A stretch of 48,771 nucleotides of DNA from a virus (Duplodnaviria > Caudoviricetes). The position numbers and the translations under genes were made by a program. The stretch spans positions 1 to 48,771 of IMG/VR virus record IMGVR_UViG_3300030104_005458; one strand, written 5' to 3'. This document shows positions 20,140 through 29,958 of the stretch, piece by piece. Positions within the stretch are counted from its first letter, which is position 1, and each line of letters begins with the position of its first letter. The notes below the pieces were generated by a model. It was not told the origin of the DNA and did no database searches. It worked only from the letters and a program-made list of their open reading frames with translations.

Positions 20140-21062
20140 TAGTCATCAGCTCCGGTTAGATTCCCTATTGAACCATTTCTAGTTGTTACAAAAGACTGCA
20201 TTGGATTTGGAACCATATGAGGCATTGGCTCTTTTGCCCTAGATGTTTCAATATATTCCTGTTCTATTTTTCTTGCCAACCCCATATGCCCGCTACCAAC
20301 TTGAAGATTTCCTCCAAGGTTTACAAAATGCCCCAATGTTTGATGAATTGCTGCCGGAATTAGCTGGTCTGGCAAATCAATTCGACTCCTTACATTTTCT
20401 TTTCTCAGGGGCTTTGCATAATAAAAAACTTTTAATGTTGCTCCAGAATCAGGATTTTTTGTTAAATAAATTTGTTTATTATCTAGCTCCCAAATACCAC
20501 CACTTTGATAAGCGTATCCACCAGATGTATTTACTGCTGGAGTCATTGTAAAACTGTTTGAGCCAACGACGTAAACAAGCCCTCTTCTTCCATTTACAAT
20601 ATCATCGTCCGTATATTGCTCAGTAGCGCCATTTACTTCGCTAATAATTATATAATCATCTGTTGTTAAATTATGGCTAGCGCTTGTTATTGCAGCATTT
20701 GAAGCTTGAGAAACTCCAGTAATTATTCCAGTTTTAGAATTGTCAGTTTTTAAATAAAAACCTATTTGAGAAACATCATCATCTTCAACATTTGATATAA
20801 TTGCCGACTCATCTACAAAAGGAACATCTTTTTGGTCTAGTTCAACCTTATACACTTGACCAGAATAGTCTTCATTTGTAAACGTATAAGCTTTTCCATC
20901 TGTAGAAAAAGATTCAGTATTTTTTTTCTGAACAGAACGCATAGCAATTTGTTCTATTGCTTTATCAAAATAAACGCTTTTTAAACTTTCAGTAATCGGT
21001 ATTTCAATACCGCCAGAAATAATTCCTACATCTATAAGTTCATAAGCCTCTTGGTATCTCAT
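20139..21062 (-). CDS. Head-tail adaptor-like protein with inserted beta domain
   Basis: LKVFYYAKP...IDLPDQL adaptor motif; insert ITGVSQASNAAITSASHNLTTDDYIIISEV. Confidence 0.6.
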   Translation of the reverse strand: MRYQEAYELIDVGIISGGIEIPITESLKSVYFDKAIEQIAMRSVQKKNTESFSTDGKAYTFTNEDYSGQVYKVELDQKDVPFVDESAIISNVEDDDVSQIGFYLKTDNSKTGIITGVSQASNAAITSASHNLTTDDYIIISEVNGATEQYTDDDIVNGRRGLVYVVGSNSFTMTPAVNTSGGYAYQSGGIWELDNKQIYLTKNPDSGATLKVFYYAKPLRKENVRSRIDLPDQLIPAAIHQTLGHFVNLGGNLQVGSGHMGLARKIEQEYIETSRAKEPMPHMVPNPMQSFVTTRNGSIGNLTGADD

Positions 21063-21184
21063 TATTTTTTCCTTTTACGCTTATACTTTTTTTTAGGTTT
21101 TGACTTTTTTGACAATGTCTTAACTAATCTTGAAGAGCCGTCAGAATATTTTGTAGCTCCGGTTCCGTATGTTGTTTTGCTCAT
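21062..21184 (-). CDS. 40-aa peptide: capsid N-arm-like sequence plus polybasic tail (not in ORF track)
   Basis: MSKTTYGTGATKYSDGSSRLVKTLSKKSKPKKKYKRKRKK; stop overlaps next ATG (TAATG). Confidence 0.75.
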   Translation of the reverse strand: MSKTTYGTGATKYSDGSSRLVKTLSKKSKPKKKYKRKRKK

Positions 21185-21200
21185 AATTTTCTTTCTTATA

Positions 21201-21226
21201 CTTGGGAGCGGTTGCCCGCCCCCAAG
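21201..21226 (-). terminator. GC-rich hairpin after the capsid gene (GCAA tetraloop, no U-tract)
   Basis: CTTGGGGGCGG-GCAA-CCGCTCCCAAG on the minus strand. Confidence 0.6.
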
Positions 21227-21241
21227 CGATTAGATTACTGA

Positions 21242-22687
21242 TTAAACCAGCTTAAGAACTGCGTGTGTTTGTTCATTACGAATCTCAACACCAGCTTCCA
21301 TTAGCCATTCGTCAGTTTGACCATCACGACCATCTTTTACGATGTCAGAACGAAGTTGCATATCGCGACCAGCCAAAGGACGAACTGCAAAGTTCGCCGG
21401 GTCAATCGCAACCGCATAATCTTCATATGCACCTTTAAGATATGGATGTGGGATAAACTCAAGTTCACCAACAGCACCAAGATAAGAGCGAACCCTTAAA
21501 CCAGATTTTGTTATTTCACCTGTGTTAAAATTCCCAGTATCTCCAGCTCTAGTCATAGAAGCCATTTTTACGAGCCACTTATTTGATGCAAACACAGTTT
21601 TCTTCATCGAACCTGATACCATATCAGAAAAGATGTATTCACATACTGCATCAAACTGAGCAAGTGTTCCACTACTATTATTAAGCTGTAGATTAGAATC
21701 AGCATAGCCATTTAAAGAGGAAATAGAGCCAGCAGAACCCCCAAGACCAATTCCTTGGAATTTTCTACTTGGATTTTCTTGGCTAGCATCTAAAGAGATT
21801 GCGCCATTTGTTAAAATAGACCACTCAATATCACCTTTAATTTTTGCCAATTTCCTAGCCTGTAAGCGAGATAGTTCTGAACCACCATAATGCTTAGAAG
21901 CTTTAGCTGTACCAGTTACTGTATAAGGCTCGCGAAAAATTTGCGTACAGTTTTTCAACCTACGAACTTTTTTACGAGTTTCTACACCAACTGCTGAACC
22001 TTCAGCAATTCCTGCAACACCATTTTCACGCATGAAATAATCAGCGTCAGCAATATCTGCTAAAGTCATACTGCCTTTAACATTATGCCCGTAAAACGAT
22101 TTTGCAACGCCAGCGTCATAAAATTGACCGGCATTGGCAACGTATTCTAAAGTAAGAATACCCGCAGCATCAGGAGTTTTTAAGGTTGTTGAAGAAGCTT
22201 CAACATTATAAGCATCTAAACTAGCGTGAGCATGCGCGCCAAGAAACTGAACCATTTTATCAGTTGCACTAGCATGGTCTACTTGTTTTCCAACTGCAAT
22301 GCAAATAAGATGCGTAACATCAGTCTCAAGAGCTGCACTACCGCCAGAAACACTAGCACTATAGATTCCGCCAGCTTCAAACATTTCCATTTGAGCTTGT
22401 CGGTCAACTATAAGTATTGTCTTTGCGCCGTTTGCTCCACCTGTTGCTGTGTCAGCTACATTTGCAGTTTTGAAGTTGAACTTTTCGCTTTTTTTAATCA
22501 TGTACTCGTCTTCCATCCACTCAAAAATAGGGACTGGAGTCACAACTGACTTCATTCCGAACAGAGAGAAAATGGGAGTAACATTGGGGTTGTAGTAATG
22601 GATTTTTGACCCAAGTTCTAAGACTTGTCTTTGAGACGCATCAGAAAACTGTAGGGCAGTTCCAGTACCATAAGTAGTATTTGCCAT
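21242..22687 (-). CDS. Major capsid protein (SU10/DUF5309-like, HK97 fold) with large insertion
   Basis: FEWMEDE, NCTQIFREPYTVTGT, DGQTDEWLMEAGVEIRNE motifs; AAGGAG RBS; follows scaffold. Confidence 0.85.
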   Translation of the reverse strand: MANTTYGTGTALQFSDASQRQVLELGSKIHYYNPNVTPIFSLFGMKSVVTPVPIFEWMEDEYMIKKSEKFNFKTANVADTATGGANGAKTILIVDRQAQMEMFEAGGIYSASVSGGSAALETDVTHLICIAVGKQVDHASATDKMVQFLGAHAHASLDAYNVEASSTTLKTPDAAGILTLEYVANAGQFYDAGVAKSFYGHNVKGSMTLADIADADYFMRENGVAGIAEGSAVGVETRKKVRRLKNCTQIFREPYTVTGTAKASKHYGGSELSRLQARKLAKIKGDIEWSILTNGAISLDASQENPSRKFQGIGLGGSAGSISSLNGYADSNLQLNNSSGTLAQFDAVCEYIFSDMVSGSMKKTVFASNKWLVKMASMTRAGDTGNFNTGEITKSGLRVRSYLGAVGELEFIPHPYLKGAYEDYAVAIDPANFAVRPLAGRDMQLRSDIVKDGRDGQTDEWLMEAGVEIRNEQTHAVLKLV

Positions 22688-22701
22688 TAGGCTACTCCTT
22701 T

Positions 22702-22720
22702 ATGTTACAATAATGTTACA
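22702..22720 (-). promoter_or_regulatory. Tandem TGTAACAT element abutting the capsid RBS
   Basis: ATGTTACAATAATGTTACA on + strand. Confidence 0.8.
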
Positions 22721-22751
22721 ACCCGAATAAAAAAAGGGGGGGGCTATAACA

Positions 22752-23666
22752 CTATGTATTAGTATTATTAAATTCCATAATCCCTTTCCAAAAATCGTCT
22801 AAAGCTTTTTCTTCTGGTTCTGCGACGGCAGGTGCGCTACCGCTAACTGATGCAGCACTATTCTGCTTGTTCTTTACCTTAGGAGCTGGCTCTTTCGGAG
22901 TTTCCGGTTGAGAATTATGCCCATTAGATAAAGTTTTCCAGACGTTTACCAAGTTCTCCTGAGTTACATTATTTGGGTCAGCCATAAATTGTCTATAATC
23001 AACAATTTCTGTATCGCTTAACCCCATTTTCTGCAATTCTGCGGTTTCAGCGTCAAATGCCTGAGACTCACTTAGCTCAGACTTTAACTTTTCTACCTCT
23101 TGCATGGCTTGAACAGCGCCTTGACGAATAAGCCATTCATCTTGCTGTTTGCGCCATTGTGCGGAGCTAGAGTTATCAATGCTTTCATCGAGAATATCAT
23201 AATCTTCTGGCTTAACCGGAGGTGCATTTAAGTCCTGTTGTTTTTCTTGTACTGTTTCTGTGAGTTTTTGAACTACATCAGGATTCTTAGCAAGGTATTC
23301 ATCTAACTGTGCTAGCTTATCAAACTTTTGTTTTTGAGAATCCCATTCGTTTCTATCCTTATCGGATTTTGACTGTAGGGATTTATAAGCTTCTGCAAGT
23401 TTTTGAACGCCTTCCTCGTCATTCTTAAATTTATTCTCAATTAACCATTGCTCAATCTGTGATTGCGTTTCTGGTTCTTTATCTACTTTCTCATCAGATG
23501 TAGTTTCTTGAACTTCTTCTGCTTTCTCCTCTTTTGCAGTTTCTACCGCTTCTTGTTGAGGTTCTTCAACTTCTTGAGAAGAGCCTGAGTTGAATTCATC
23601 TAATTCAGCCATAAGGTTATCTTCATTCATTTCTTCTACCTGATTATTCTGGTCTTCTTTTGTCAT
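22752..23666 (-). CDS. Capsid scaffolding protein
   Basis: Acidic coiled coil, KLAEAYKSLQSK motif, between portal and capsid. Confidence 0.75.
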   Translation of the reverse strand: MTKEDQNNQVEEMNEDNLMAELDEFNSGSSQEVEEPQQEAVETAKEEKAEEVQETTSDEKVDKEPETQSQIEQWLIENKFKNDEEGVQKLAEAYKSLQSKSDKDRNEWDSQKQKFDKLAQLDEYLAKNPDVVQKLTETVQEKQQDLNAPPVKPEDYDILDESIDNSSSAQWRKQQDEWLIRQGAVQAMQEVEKLKSELSESQAFDAETAELQKMGLSDTEIVDYRQFMADPNNVTQENLVNVWKTLSNGHNSQPETPKEPAPKVKNKQNSAASVSGSAPAVAEPEEKALDDFWKGIMEFNNTNT

Positions 23667-23691
23667 TACGATGCTCCTTTAAAGTTATCCG

Positions 23692-25698
23692 CTATGCTTG
23701 CGAAGCTTTGGTTTCTGAGTTAACCGCTTGTTTTAAGCTAGACAAATCCTCGCTGACCATGCGGGTTTTGTCTCTCTGTCGTGCTTGCTCCAGCTTTGCG
23801 TTTGATTTAATGTTGCTAACCGCTTCCGAAACCGGCTTGGTAGCTTCACTAATTTCAGCACGCATATTAGCATGGAACACTTCACGCTCTCGAGTTTGCA
23901 AGTCGCCTTGCATTCTCTTAAGTTCTTCCTGCGCTTGTTGTAATTGCGCTTGTAAATTTGCTATTTCCCCCATTCTCTGCATTAAAGACGCTTTATCTAT
24001 GTCGCCTTTCATATTCATAATGACTTGCGTTTTATCATAAATACCTGCATTTAAGAGAGTTAAATCTTTTTGTAGTTCTGCCATAGGAGATTTAGACCTA
24101 GTAGAACCCACAACAACTCTAACATCAAATTGAGCCGTTTGCATATCATACAATCTTTTTACTGCTCCGGTCTTATCATCAATAACCGGAATATTTAACT
24201 GCACTTCACTTTCATCTCCAACTGGACTTACAATTCGCAATGTCCTTTGTTGGTCATACACGCTAGGCATCCATTCAACTATTACTTTAGCTGAACGCGT
24301 TAACATGTCATATATAGGCAATATCTTCCAGTTCTGTTTTCTAGAACTTGATTCATCCATTATTTGAGCTTCTCCAACAGTTCCCGGTGCGCCCTGAGAG
24401 TTACCTTGGAGGAATTTATATGCGCCAAAAACTGTTTCTATATCAATTTCATATCTTGATTTTTCAGTATACAACTGAGAGGAAACAGCTGGCGGTGCGA
24501 ATTCTTTTATTTTGCCAGAGGCGAGCGCACCGGGATTTGCACGGATGATAGCGTTAGGGATGTGCCATTTTTGAATTTCACTAGCGTCAATCGCTCCATC
24601 TTCATAAAGGAGCTTAAAGTTTGTAGTAGCGTTGGTATGTGATATAATTAATGCCTCAGTTCTATTTAACATTCTCTGAGGTGTTTTAGCATGCCGAACA
24701 TCTCCACTTGGAAATGGATTTCCAGCATGCTCATTGCAAGCAACTGCTATTGGATATTCTGAAATTGGAAGTATTTCATCATACAAAACTGTATCTCCAA
24801 CAACAAAAACTTCTCTTACCTTTGTTTGATAAGCTAATTGCTCTGTAATAATTCCTTTTTCAAGAAAATCCTCATATTGCTCATCTTTAATTAATTCTTT
24901 GTACTCTTCTTTGGTATATAATTGATTCTTTCCGGTATTTTGGTCAAGTATCAATGCGTGAGGTACATTAACTTTTGTAAAGTAACAATATTTACGAACT
25001 CTTTCTTGATGGTCCAAAGCCATGTCCCCAGAAGTTTCAATATGGTCTCTAGAATATTTTCCTGACGATTTTTCATTTCTATCGTCATCATCTTTAGCTT
25101 CTTCTATCTCTTTGGCATAGTTTGGAAATAAAATCTTTAAATGTTCTTTTGTGTGAATATCTGAATAAATAATTGCGCTAGCATCAGAAAAATCAGGCAT
25201 TGAGCAATTCGGGTCAACAAAAATTGACTCTGGAGGCATTCTCTTAGCTTTAATACTTCCAAGACCGCCATCTGCTTGCCAATCTGGGTAGATATACATA
25301 CAAGCTATCCCTTTTACGATAAAATCCTTACACGCTTGACGAAAATGAACATCTCCATCAGAATCATACCAAATTTTATCTAACAGTTGGTCAAAAACAT
25401 AGGCAACATCATTATCTGTTTTTCCCACAGAATGAACATCCCACTCAGGAGCGGATGCTGCGATGTTAGCTAGTACTTGCTCAACGGCAGGGCGTATTTT
25501 ATTGTTAGCTTCGGGGGGTTGACCCACGCTGAGCAAGTAGTTCTTTTGAGATTTCGTCAACTGAGAACCGAGATAAAACTCATGGTCTTCAGCCATTTGA
25601 TAGCGGTACTCACTAGAACTACTTTCAAAGAGTAGATAGTCCGAGCGAACTTCTTCCGCCGTAATCTCTTTTGTGTCTAGCTTAGCTAAATTTAACAT
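23692..25698 (-). CDS. Portal protein (P22-like)
   Basis: FYLGSQ, NNKIRPAV, QRMLNR, FDVRVVVG motifs and C-terminal coiled-coil barrel. Confidence 0.9.
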   Translation of the reverse strand: MLNLAKLDTKEITAEEVRSDYLLFESSSSEYRYQMAEDHEFYLGSQLTKSQKNYLLSVGQPPEANNKIRPAVEQVLANIAASAPEWDVHSVGKTDNDVAYVFDQLLDKIWYDSDGDVHFRQACKDFIVKGIACMYIYPDWQADGGLGSIKAKRMPPESIFVDPNCSMPDFSDASAIIYSDIHTKEHLKILFPNYAKEIEEAKDDDDRNEKSSGKYSRDHIETSGDMALDHQERVRKYCYFTKVNVPHALILDQNTGKNQLYTKEEYKELIKDEQYEDFLEKGIITEQLAYQTKVREVFVVGDTVLYDEILPISEYPIAVACNEHAGNPFPSGDVRHAKTPQRMLNRTEALIISHTNATTNFKLLYEDGAIDASEIQKWHIPNAIIRANPGALASGKIKEFAPPAVSSQLYTEKSRYEIDIETVFGAYKFLQGNSQGAPGTVGEAQIMDESSSRKQNWKILPIYDMLTRSAKVIVEWMPSVYDQQRTLRIVSPVGDESEVQLNIPVIDDKTGAVKRLYDMQTAQFDVRVVVGSTRSKSPMAELQKDLTLLNAGIYDKTQVIMNMKGDIDKASLMQRMGEIANLQAQLQQAQEELKRMQGDLQTREREVFHANMRAEISEATKPVSEAVSNIKSNAKLEQARQRDKTRMVSEDLSSLKQAVNSETKASQA

Positions 25699-25710
25699 AT
25701 GTCTGAGGTA

Positions 25711-25729
25711 ATGTTACAATAATGTTACA
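25711..25729 (-). promoter_or_regulatory. Tandem TGTAACAT element upstream of the portal gene
   Basis: ATGTTACAATAATGTTACA on + strand. Confidence 0.8.
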
Positions 25730-25735
25730 GTATTA

Positions 25736-26116
25736 TCAAAATTTTTTGTTTAATAAAATTAAAGTACTAATTGGCGCCAAAATTATATCGCTTGTATTAT
25801 TATCTCCGCCCTTAACTATGCTAGCTAATTCGTTTAAATATAAATACTTAACAGCTTTTCTAAGTTTATCAACTTTAAATAACATTGAAAACTTAATATC
25901 TCCATCTATGGTAAAGTTATGTACCCACCATTTTGCATCTGTAATAGATATTCCACTTGGTTTTCCCCGAGAACGTATTTCAATCGCCATATTTCCAGTA
26001 TCTGCCCATATATCTCGCTCTGTTTTAACTTCAATAGAACCATCACCCTCGAAAAGTTCTTTTATTTTTTGTTCATAAATTTGACCAAAGTCTAGGTCAA
26101 TGTCGAAATTGCCCAT
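25736..26116 (-). CDS. PD-(D/E)XK-like nuclease-fold phage protein
   Basis: IEVKTE...TGNMAIE...GKPSGI...AKWW motifs. Confidence 0.6.
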   Translation of the reverse strand: MGNFDIDLDFGQIYEQKIKELFEGDGSIEVKTERDIWADTGNMAIEIRSRGKPSGISITDAKWWVHNFTIDGDIKFSMLFKVDKLRKAVKYLYLNELASIVKGGDNNTSDIILAPISTLILLNKKF

Positions 26117-27783
26117 TACGCCTCAATAAAATCAGACGCAGTAAAAGTTTGCCCTGTTTCCCAATCTACTTCCATAACCGGAAGTGGAGCCATCCATTCT
26201 CCATGCTCATTTTGTTCTACGTCAGGCGCCCAAATATCGTCAATCGCCCAACGTAAAGCATCTAGGGTATCTTTTTTAAACGTACCATGTTCTTTGAAGT
26301 TCAATAATTCTGTCTCTAGTTCTTCATGGTCTTCTTTTAAAAATACTGAATGAGATGCAAAGTGAGGTTGCATCTGTTTAATTCTGTAATACTTAGTCTT
26401 AATTGCTTGCCTAGTATTAATATTATAAAATCTGCCTGTAAGTTTAGAATGTCTTCTCACATAATCTGCTAGCATGACATGCCCTGTTTCCTCGATTTTA
26501 ATATCTTTTGGATTATATCTATCTGCTAGCTCAAAAATTCTATCAGCACCATCCATAGGAGCTACTTGTCCTCGAAAATAATCTAGGACATAAATATTAT
26601 ATTCTTTATCTACTGCAATAACCATAATTACAGTATAATCGGCTTTTACATTTTCACTCGACGCGGGGTCAACTCCTAAAAAAATATTTACAGGTAGCTT
26701 TGCTCTTCTGCCCCCGTCTGTTCTTAGAATAAAACTTTGCTTATCTTCATAGATATATTTTCCTTCCCAATAGCGCATATCTTTTTCTTTAAAGATTCTA
26801 AAGCTATCATCCACAGGAATATTTTGATATTCTTGATAAAAATAAGCTATATCGCCTTCAGACTTTAATCTTTCTTTTTCTGCAATTAACCATTCATAAG
26901 GTCTTCTATCTTCCCATAAAACCTTTACTTTTCCATTCTTGTCCTTAAATTCATTTCCTGTTGTTCCAAATTTCCCTTTAGGCATATCTTGTGGGATTGC
27001 TTGAAAAAATAAAGACTTCCAACCCTTGACTTTATAATTACCATCCTTATCGTAAGCTAGTGGACCTGCAATTCTATTCAAATATGCGTCCGTATCAACT
27101 ATTGTGCCTATAAATACAAGTTTCGCATCCCCAGAACCCGGAATAACCGCAGCGTTTAGCCAGCGCCGGAATTTATCACGAGCTGTAGGGGTAGTACTAT
27201 TTGACTCGCCTTCCCCATCATCAATAATCGTCAATGTAGGACGATAAGCACCATACTTTAATCCACGAACCTTTTGACCAGTACCACGAATTAAACATTT
27301 ACACATAATATTTGGTCTACCATTATCATCAAACGCGCCGATAACTTCTTTTTCTTCTTTTCCCCAGATAGCGCCTTTTCTATCTCCAAAAAAATAATGA
27401 ATCTTAGGGTTAAATTCTATTTCGTTCCCAATCGCCTCTAGATTATACTTAGACTGCATCTCTGATTCTGAAATAAGTAATAAAAATTTCTCTTCGCCGA
27501 ATAATATCCTATGTAAAGGGTAGATAAGATTAATAAATGTTGATTTTGCGTGGTCTCTTGGCGCCACTACGGCTAGTTTATCGCCTGACGCCATACCTAT
27601 TAAGGTTTTTGCTATTTCGCGGTGAAATTCGGGCGATTTGGAGCGCACATGGTAGTGCATCGAATTTTCTTCATCGCCAAATAATATTTCAGCAAACGTA
27701 AAAATGTCCAAATACATTGCTTGAAGCATTTCTACTTTTTGTTTTTCGGACAGCGCTTTTAATTTTTTTTCAACTTTCGCCAT
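26116..27783 (-). CDS. terL: Terminase large subunit
   Basis: APRDHAKST Walker A, IIDDGE Walker B, IGT coupling motif, GVDPA and DTLDAL nuclease motifs. Confidence 0.95.
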   Translation of the reverse strand: MAKVEKKLKALSEKQKVEMLQAMYLDIFTFAEILFGDEENSMHYHVRSKSPEFHREIAKTLIGMASGDKLAVVAPRDHAKSTFINLIYPLHRILFGEEKFLLLISESEMQSKYNLEAIGNEIEFNPKIHYFFGDRKGAIWGKEEKEVIGAFDDNGRPNIMCKCLIRGTGQKVRGLKYGAYRPTLTIIDDGEGESNSTTPTARDKFRRWLNAAVIPGSGDAKLVFIGTIVDTDAYLNRIAGPLAYDKDGNYKVKGWKSLFFQAIPQDMPKGKFGTTGNEFKDKNGKVKVLWEDRRPYEWLIAEKERLKSEGDIAYFYQEYQNIPVDDSFRIFKEKDMRYWEGKYIYEDKQSFILRTDGGRRAKLPVNIFLGVDPASSENVKADYTVIMVIAVDKEYNIYVLDYFRGQVAPMDGADRIFELADRYNPKDIKIEETGHVMLADYVRRHSKLTGRFYNINTRQAIKTKYYRIKQMQPHFASHSVFLKEDHEELETELLNFKEHGTFKKDTLDALRWAIDDIWAPDVEQNEHGEWMAPLPVMEVDWETGQTFTASDFIEA

Positions 27784-28069
27784 TCCGCCCTGTAAATGTT
27801 TCTATGTATTCAATTTGTTCCTTGTAAGAATCTATATCCTCTAAAAGAGTTAAAATAAATCTAGCAACATGACCATCAATCTCGTAATAAACATTGTTAA
27901 TGTTCATTAAGGCAAGTTCGTTTACATTGATTTCATCACTTTGAGACTGAGGCTGACTTATGTACCCCGTTGTCTTTACTGTTTTGTTTTGCTCCATATG
28001 TGGTTTCCGCAATGGTTTTTCGTACAGAAGATAATTTTTTAATGTCGCCATCAGATAAAGCGAATACAC
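27770..28069 (-). CDS. Hypothetical protein (true start probably downstream of the annotated one)
   Basis: 3' part fills the gap between the TerS-like gene and terL. Confidence 0.45.
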   Translation of the reverse strand: MYSLYLMATLKNYLLYEKPLRKPHMEQNKTVKTTGYISQPQSQSDEINVNELALMNINNVYYEIDGHVARFILTLLEDIDSYKEQIEYIETFTGRNGES

Positions 28070-28742
28070 CTTCGATTTGCTCTTCTTTCTTTTCTTTGGT
28101 AAGATGTCCTAGCATATCGCTTACGCGGTTTAGCGCATTTAATTTTGTTGCTGCGGGAGTATCTCCTTCAATTAAATCGCGATATTTGTCAGCAACATAA
28201 TCATCATCCATTCCCATCGCGCTTAGTTTTTCTCTCATGTTCATTGATATATACTCCCTGATGTGTTTTCTTTTCAGAATTGTCAACCCACGACGTAAGG
28301 CTTGCTCTGGGTTATTATCTTTATAAACAGATTGGTAAGCAAGAATAACGGATTCGGTATCCCACATGCCAAGCTTGTTTGTAATCCCATGTAAAAATAA
28401 AAAATCAACGAATGTTTTTTGCTTTGCAGTCGGTCTAACATCCTTAATTAAATCTCCCACATAACGATTATCTAAATCCCAATCATGTTGTTTTTGTGCG
28501 TAATAATGCTTTTTATGGCAACCGCGCTCTCCATAGCCTGTTCTGATAAAAATATATGGTTTTTTTGTGTTAGCAAATTTTTTTGTCTTTCTCCCCGTGC
28601 ATTGTATTACTTTTTTGTCCGCAGTTAGTATCCAATCGCCAATTTCGGCGTCTCTCCAGTTATCTACAGGGGTAATTCCACGCTTTTTTGCCTCTTTAAG
28701 AGAAAATTGGTCGAATTCTTTACCCCTGCAAGTAACTTTCAT
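27936..28742 (-). CDS. Terminase small subunit-like protein
   Basis: PTAKQKTFV...AYQSVY...KLNALNRVSDMLG pattern, upstream of terL. Confidence 0.6.
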   Translation of the reverse strand: MKVTCRGKEFDQFSLKEAKKRGITPVDNWRDAEIGDWILTADKKVIQCTGRKTKKFANTKKPYIFIRTGYGERGCHKKHYYAQKQHDWDLDNRYVGDLIKDVRPTAKQKTFVDFLFLHGITNKLGMWDTESVILAYQSVYKDNNPEQALRRGLTILKRKHIREYISMNMREKLSAMGMDDDYVADKYRDLIEGDTPAATKLNALNRVSDMLGHLTKEKKEEQIEGVFALSDGDIKKLSSVRKTIAETTYGAKQNSKDNGVHKSASVSK

Positions 28743-28746
28743 TGGA

Positions 28747-28944
28747 TTATCCCTGATAAGCCCCTTTTTCTTCTACTTTGTACGAAACATAGTCTTTTCC
28801 ACCTTGAGAAGTCTTCTTCCAGCCAGCAATCTTTACTTCTTTTCCGTTTATCTTACCCTGACCCGTGAAATCAGGTTGATTTTCACTCGTTTTGTTATCG
28901 TTGTCAAAAATAGAGAATGTGTTATCTTTTGGTTCAAATGGCAT
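28747..28944 (-). CDS. DUF736-like small ssDNA-binding-type protein
   Basis: NQPDFTG...VKIAGWKK...DYVS motif; AGGAG RBS. Confidence 0.65.
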   Translation of the reverse strand: MPFEPKDNTFSIFDNDNKTSENQPDFTGQGKINGKEVKIAGWKKTSQGGKDYVSYKVEEKGAYQG

Positions 28945-29043
28945 TTAACGCTCCTGTTTTTTTGTTAAAAAATAATTTCAAGCCCCGATTAGAATATAAC
29001 GATAATGTTACAGTAGTTAAAAGAGAAAAATGGTTGAATTCGC

Positions 29044-29073
29044 AACCTTAGGTTTATAAACCTTAGGTTTATA
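29044..29073. repeat. Tandem 15-bp near-palindrome x2
   Basis: AACCTTAGGTTTATA at 29044 and 29059. Confidence 0.85.
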
Positions 29074-29128
29074 TATATTAGATTTATATATATACTTAAT
29101 ATATACTTCTACTTCTACTTCTATATGT

Positions 29129-29196
29129 ATGGCAAGGCTATAGCTAAGCTATAGCAAAGCTATGGCAAAGCCATTTTTAAAATATGGCTTGGCTAT
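29129..29196. repeat. Iteron-like array ATRGC-N3-GCYAT, 11-bp period (4+1 units)
   Basis: Units at 29129, 29140, 29151, 29162, 29184; same unit as inside the initiator gene. Confidence 0.85.
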
Positions 29197-29226
29197 TTAA
29201 GTGTTGATATTGTTAGATATAAAAAG

Positions 29227-29267
29227 CTACTCCAAAACTACTCCCTGCCTACTCCCTAACTACTCCC
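29227..29267. repeat. CTACTCC x4, 11-bp period
   Basis: Units at 29227, 29238, 29249, 29260. Confidence 0.85.
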
Positions 29268-29639
29268 TTGTTGTAATATGTCTATTTTTACACATAATAC
29301 GCATACTTATACACACTTAAAAACTGTGCGAAAAATGGATGGGACGTACTTTACGTAAGCACACCCCCTTCCGTTCGCGTTCGGTCTCGGCGATTTTCGT
29401 TGAGTACGCGTTTCGCGTTCGGTCTCCCTTCGGTGGCGCGCAATCCTATCTATATTGCCGGCTTTCAGTCCTATTTTTGCCTATGTTTGAACACTATAGC
29501 CGACGGTTATAACAAATTCGCTTGGTTTATGCTAGCTTGCAATGGTAAATTTGAGGGTCGCCGACGGACAGATTCAGTCGGATTTCAACTAACTAACAAC
29601 GCGAAGGACACCACCTTACGCGTAGGAAGCGAGAGCAAA

Positions 29640-29918
29640 ATGAGTATATATATAATAACACCCAACACCGACGACGTTGTCAACAAGAACGACAAGAACA
29701 CCCAGTACACCCTAAAGGGTGTAACCAACGACATTCCAACACCCGCGGAATTTAGCGCGTTGGATGCCTTTGCTGACCACTTCGAGAACGAGGAAGGACA
29801 AATCGGCGACTACGCACGAGACCACGCGATGAATAGCGCGCTGTCTGCCGGGTTTACTCTCGACGAGAGTACTGATTGCTACCACGAAGGTTGCGATTGT
29901 TCGCGTAACCACGCATAG
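29640..29918 (+). CDS. First early gene, acidic 92-aa protein with C-terminal Cys/His cluster
   Basis: ATG at 29640 within ORF 29400-29918; C-ending codon bias from this point. Confidence 0.6.
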   Translation: MSIYIITPNTDDVVNKNDKNTQYTLKGVTNDIPTPAEFSALDAFADHFENEEGQIGDYARDHAMNSALSAGFTLDESTDCYHEGCDCSRNHA

Positions 29919-29958
29919 AACTAGCTACGCTAGTTAATACACCGGCAAAGCCGGTCAA

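Noticed and set aside
22729-22743. A7-G8 homopolymer as a phase-variation switch before the capsid gene
   Set aside because: Intergenic and part of a plausible hairpin; no evidence of length variation from one sequence
494-28968. Plus-strand ORFs opposite the structural genes (e.g. 12532-12969, 15339-15818, 23660-24040)
   Set aside because: Antisense shadows of long minus-strand genes with S/F/L-rich composition and no RBS
29044-29426. CRISPR or mini-CRISPR array
   Set aside because: Repeats are 7-15 bp, mostly adjacent, with no run of unique ~30-bp spacers and no cas genes
29400-29639. N-terminal extension of the 172-aa ORF
   Set aside because: TTG start inside a repeat-rich region with no RBS; coding-like codon pattern begins only at ATG 29640
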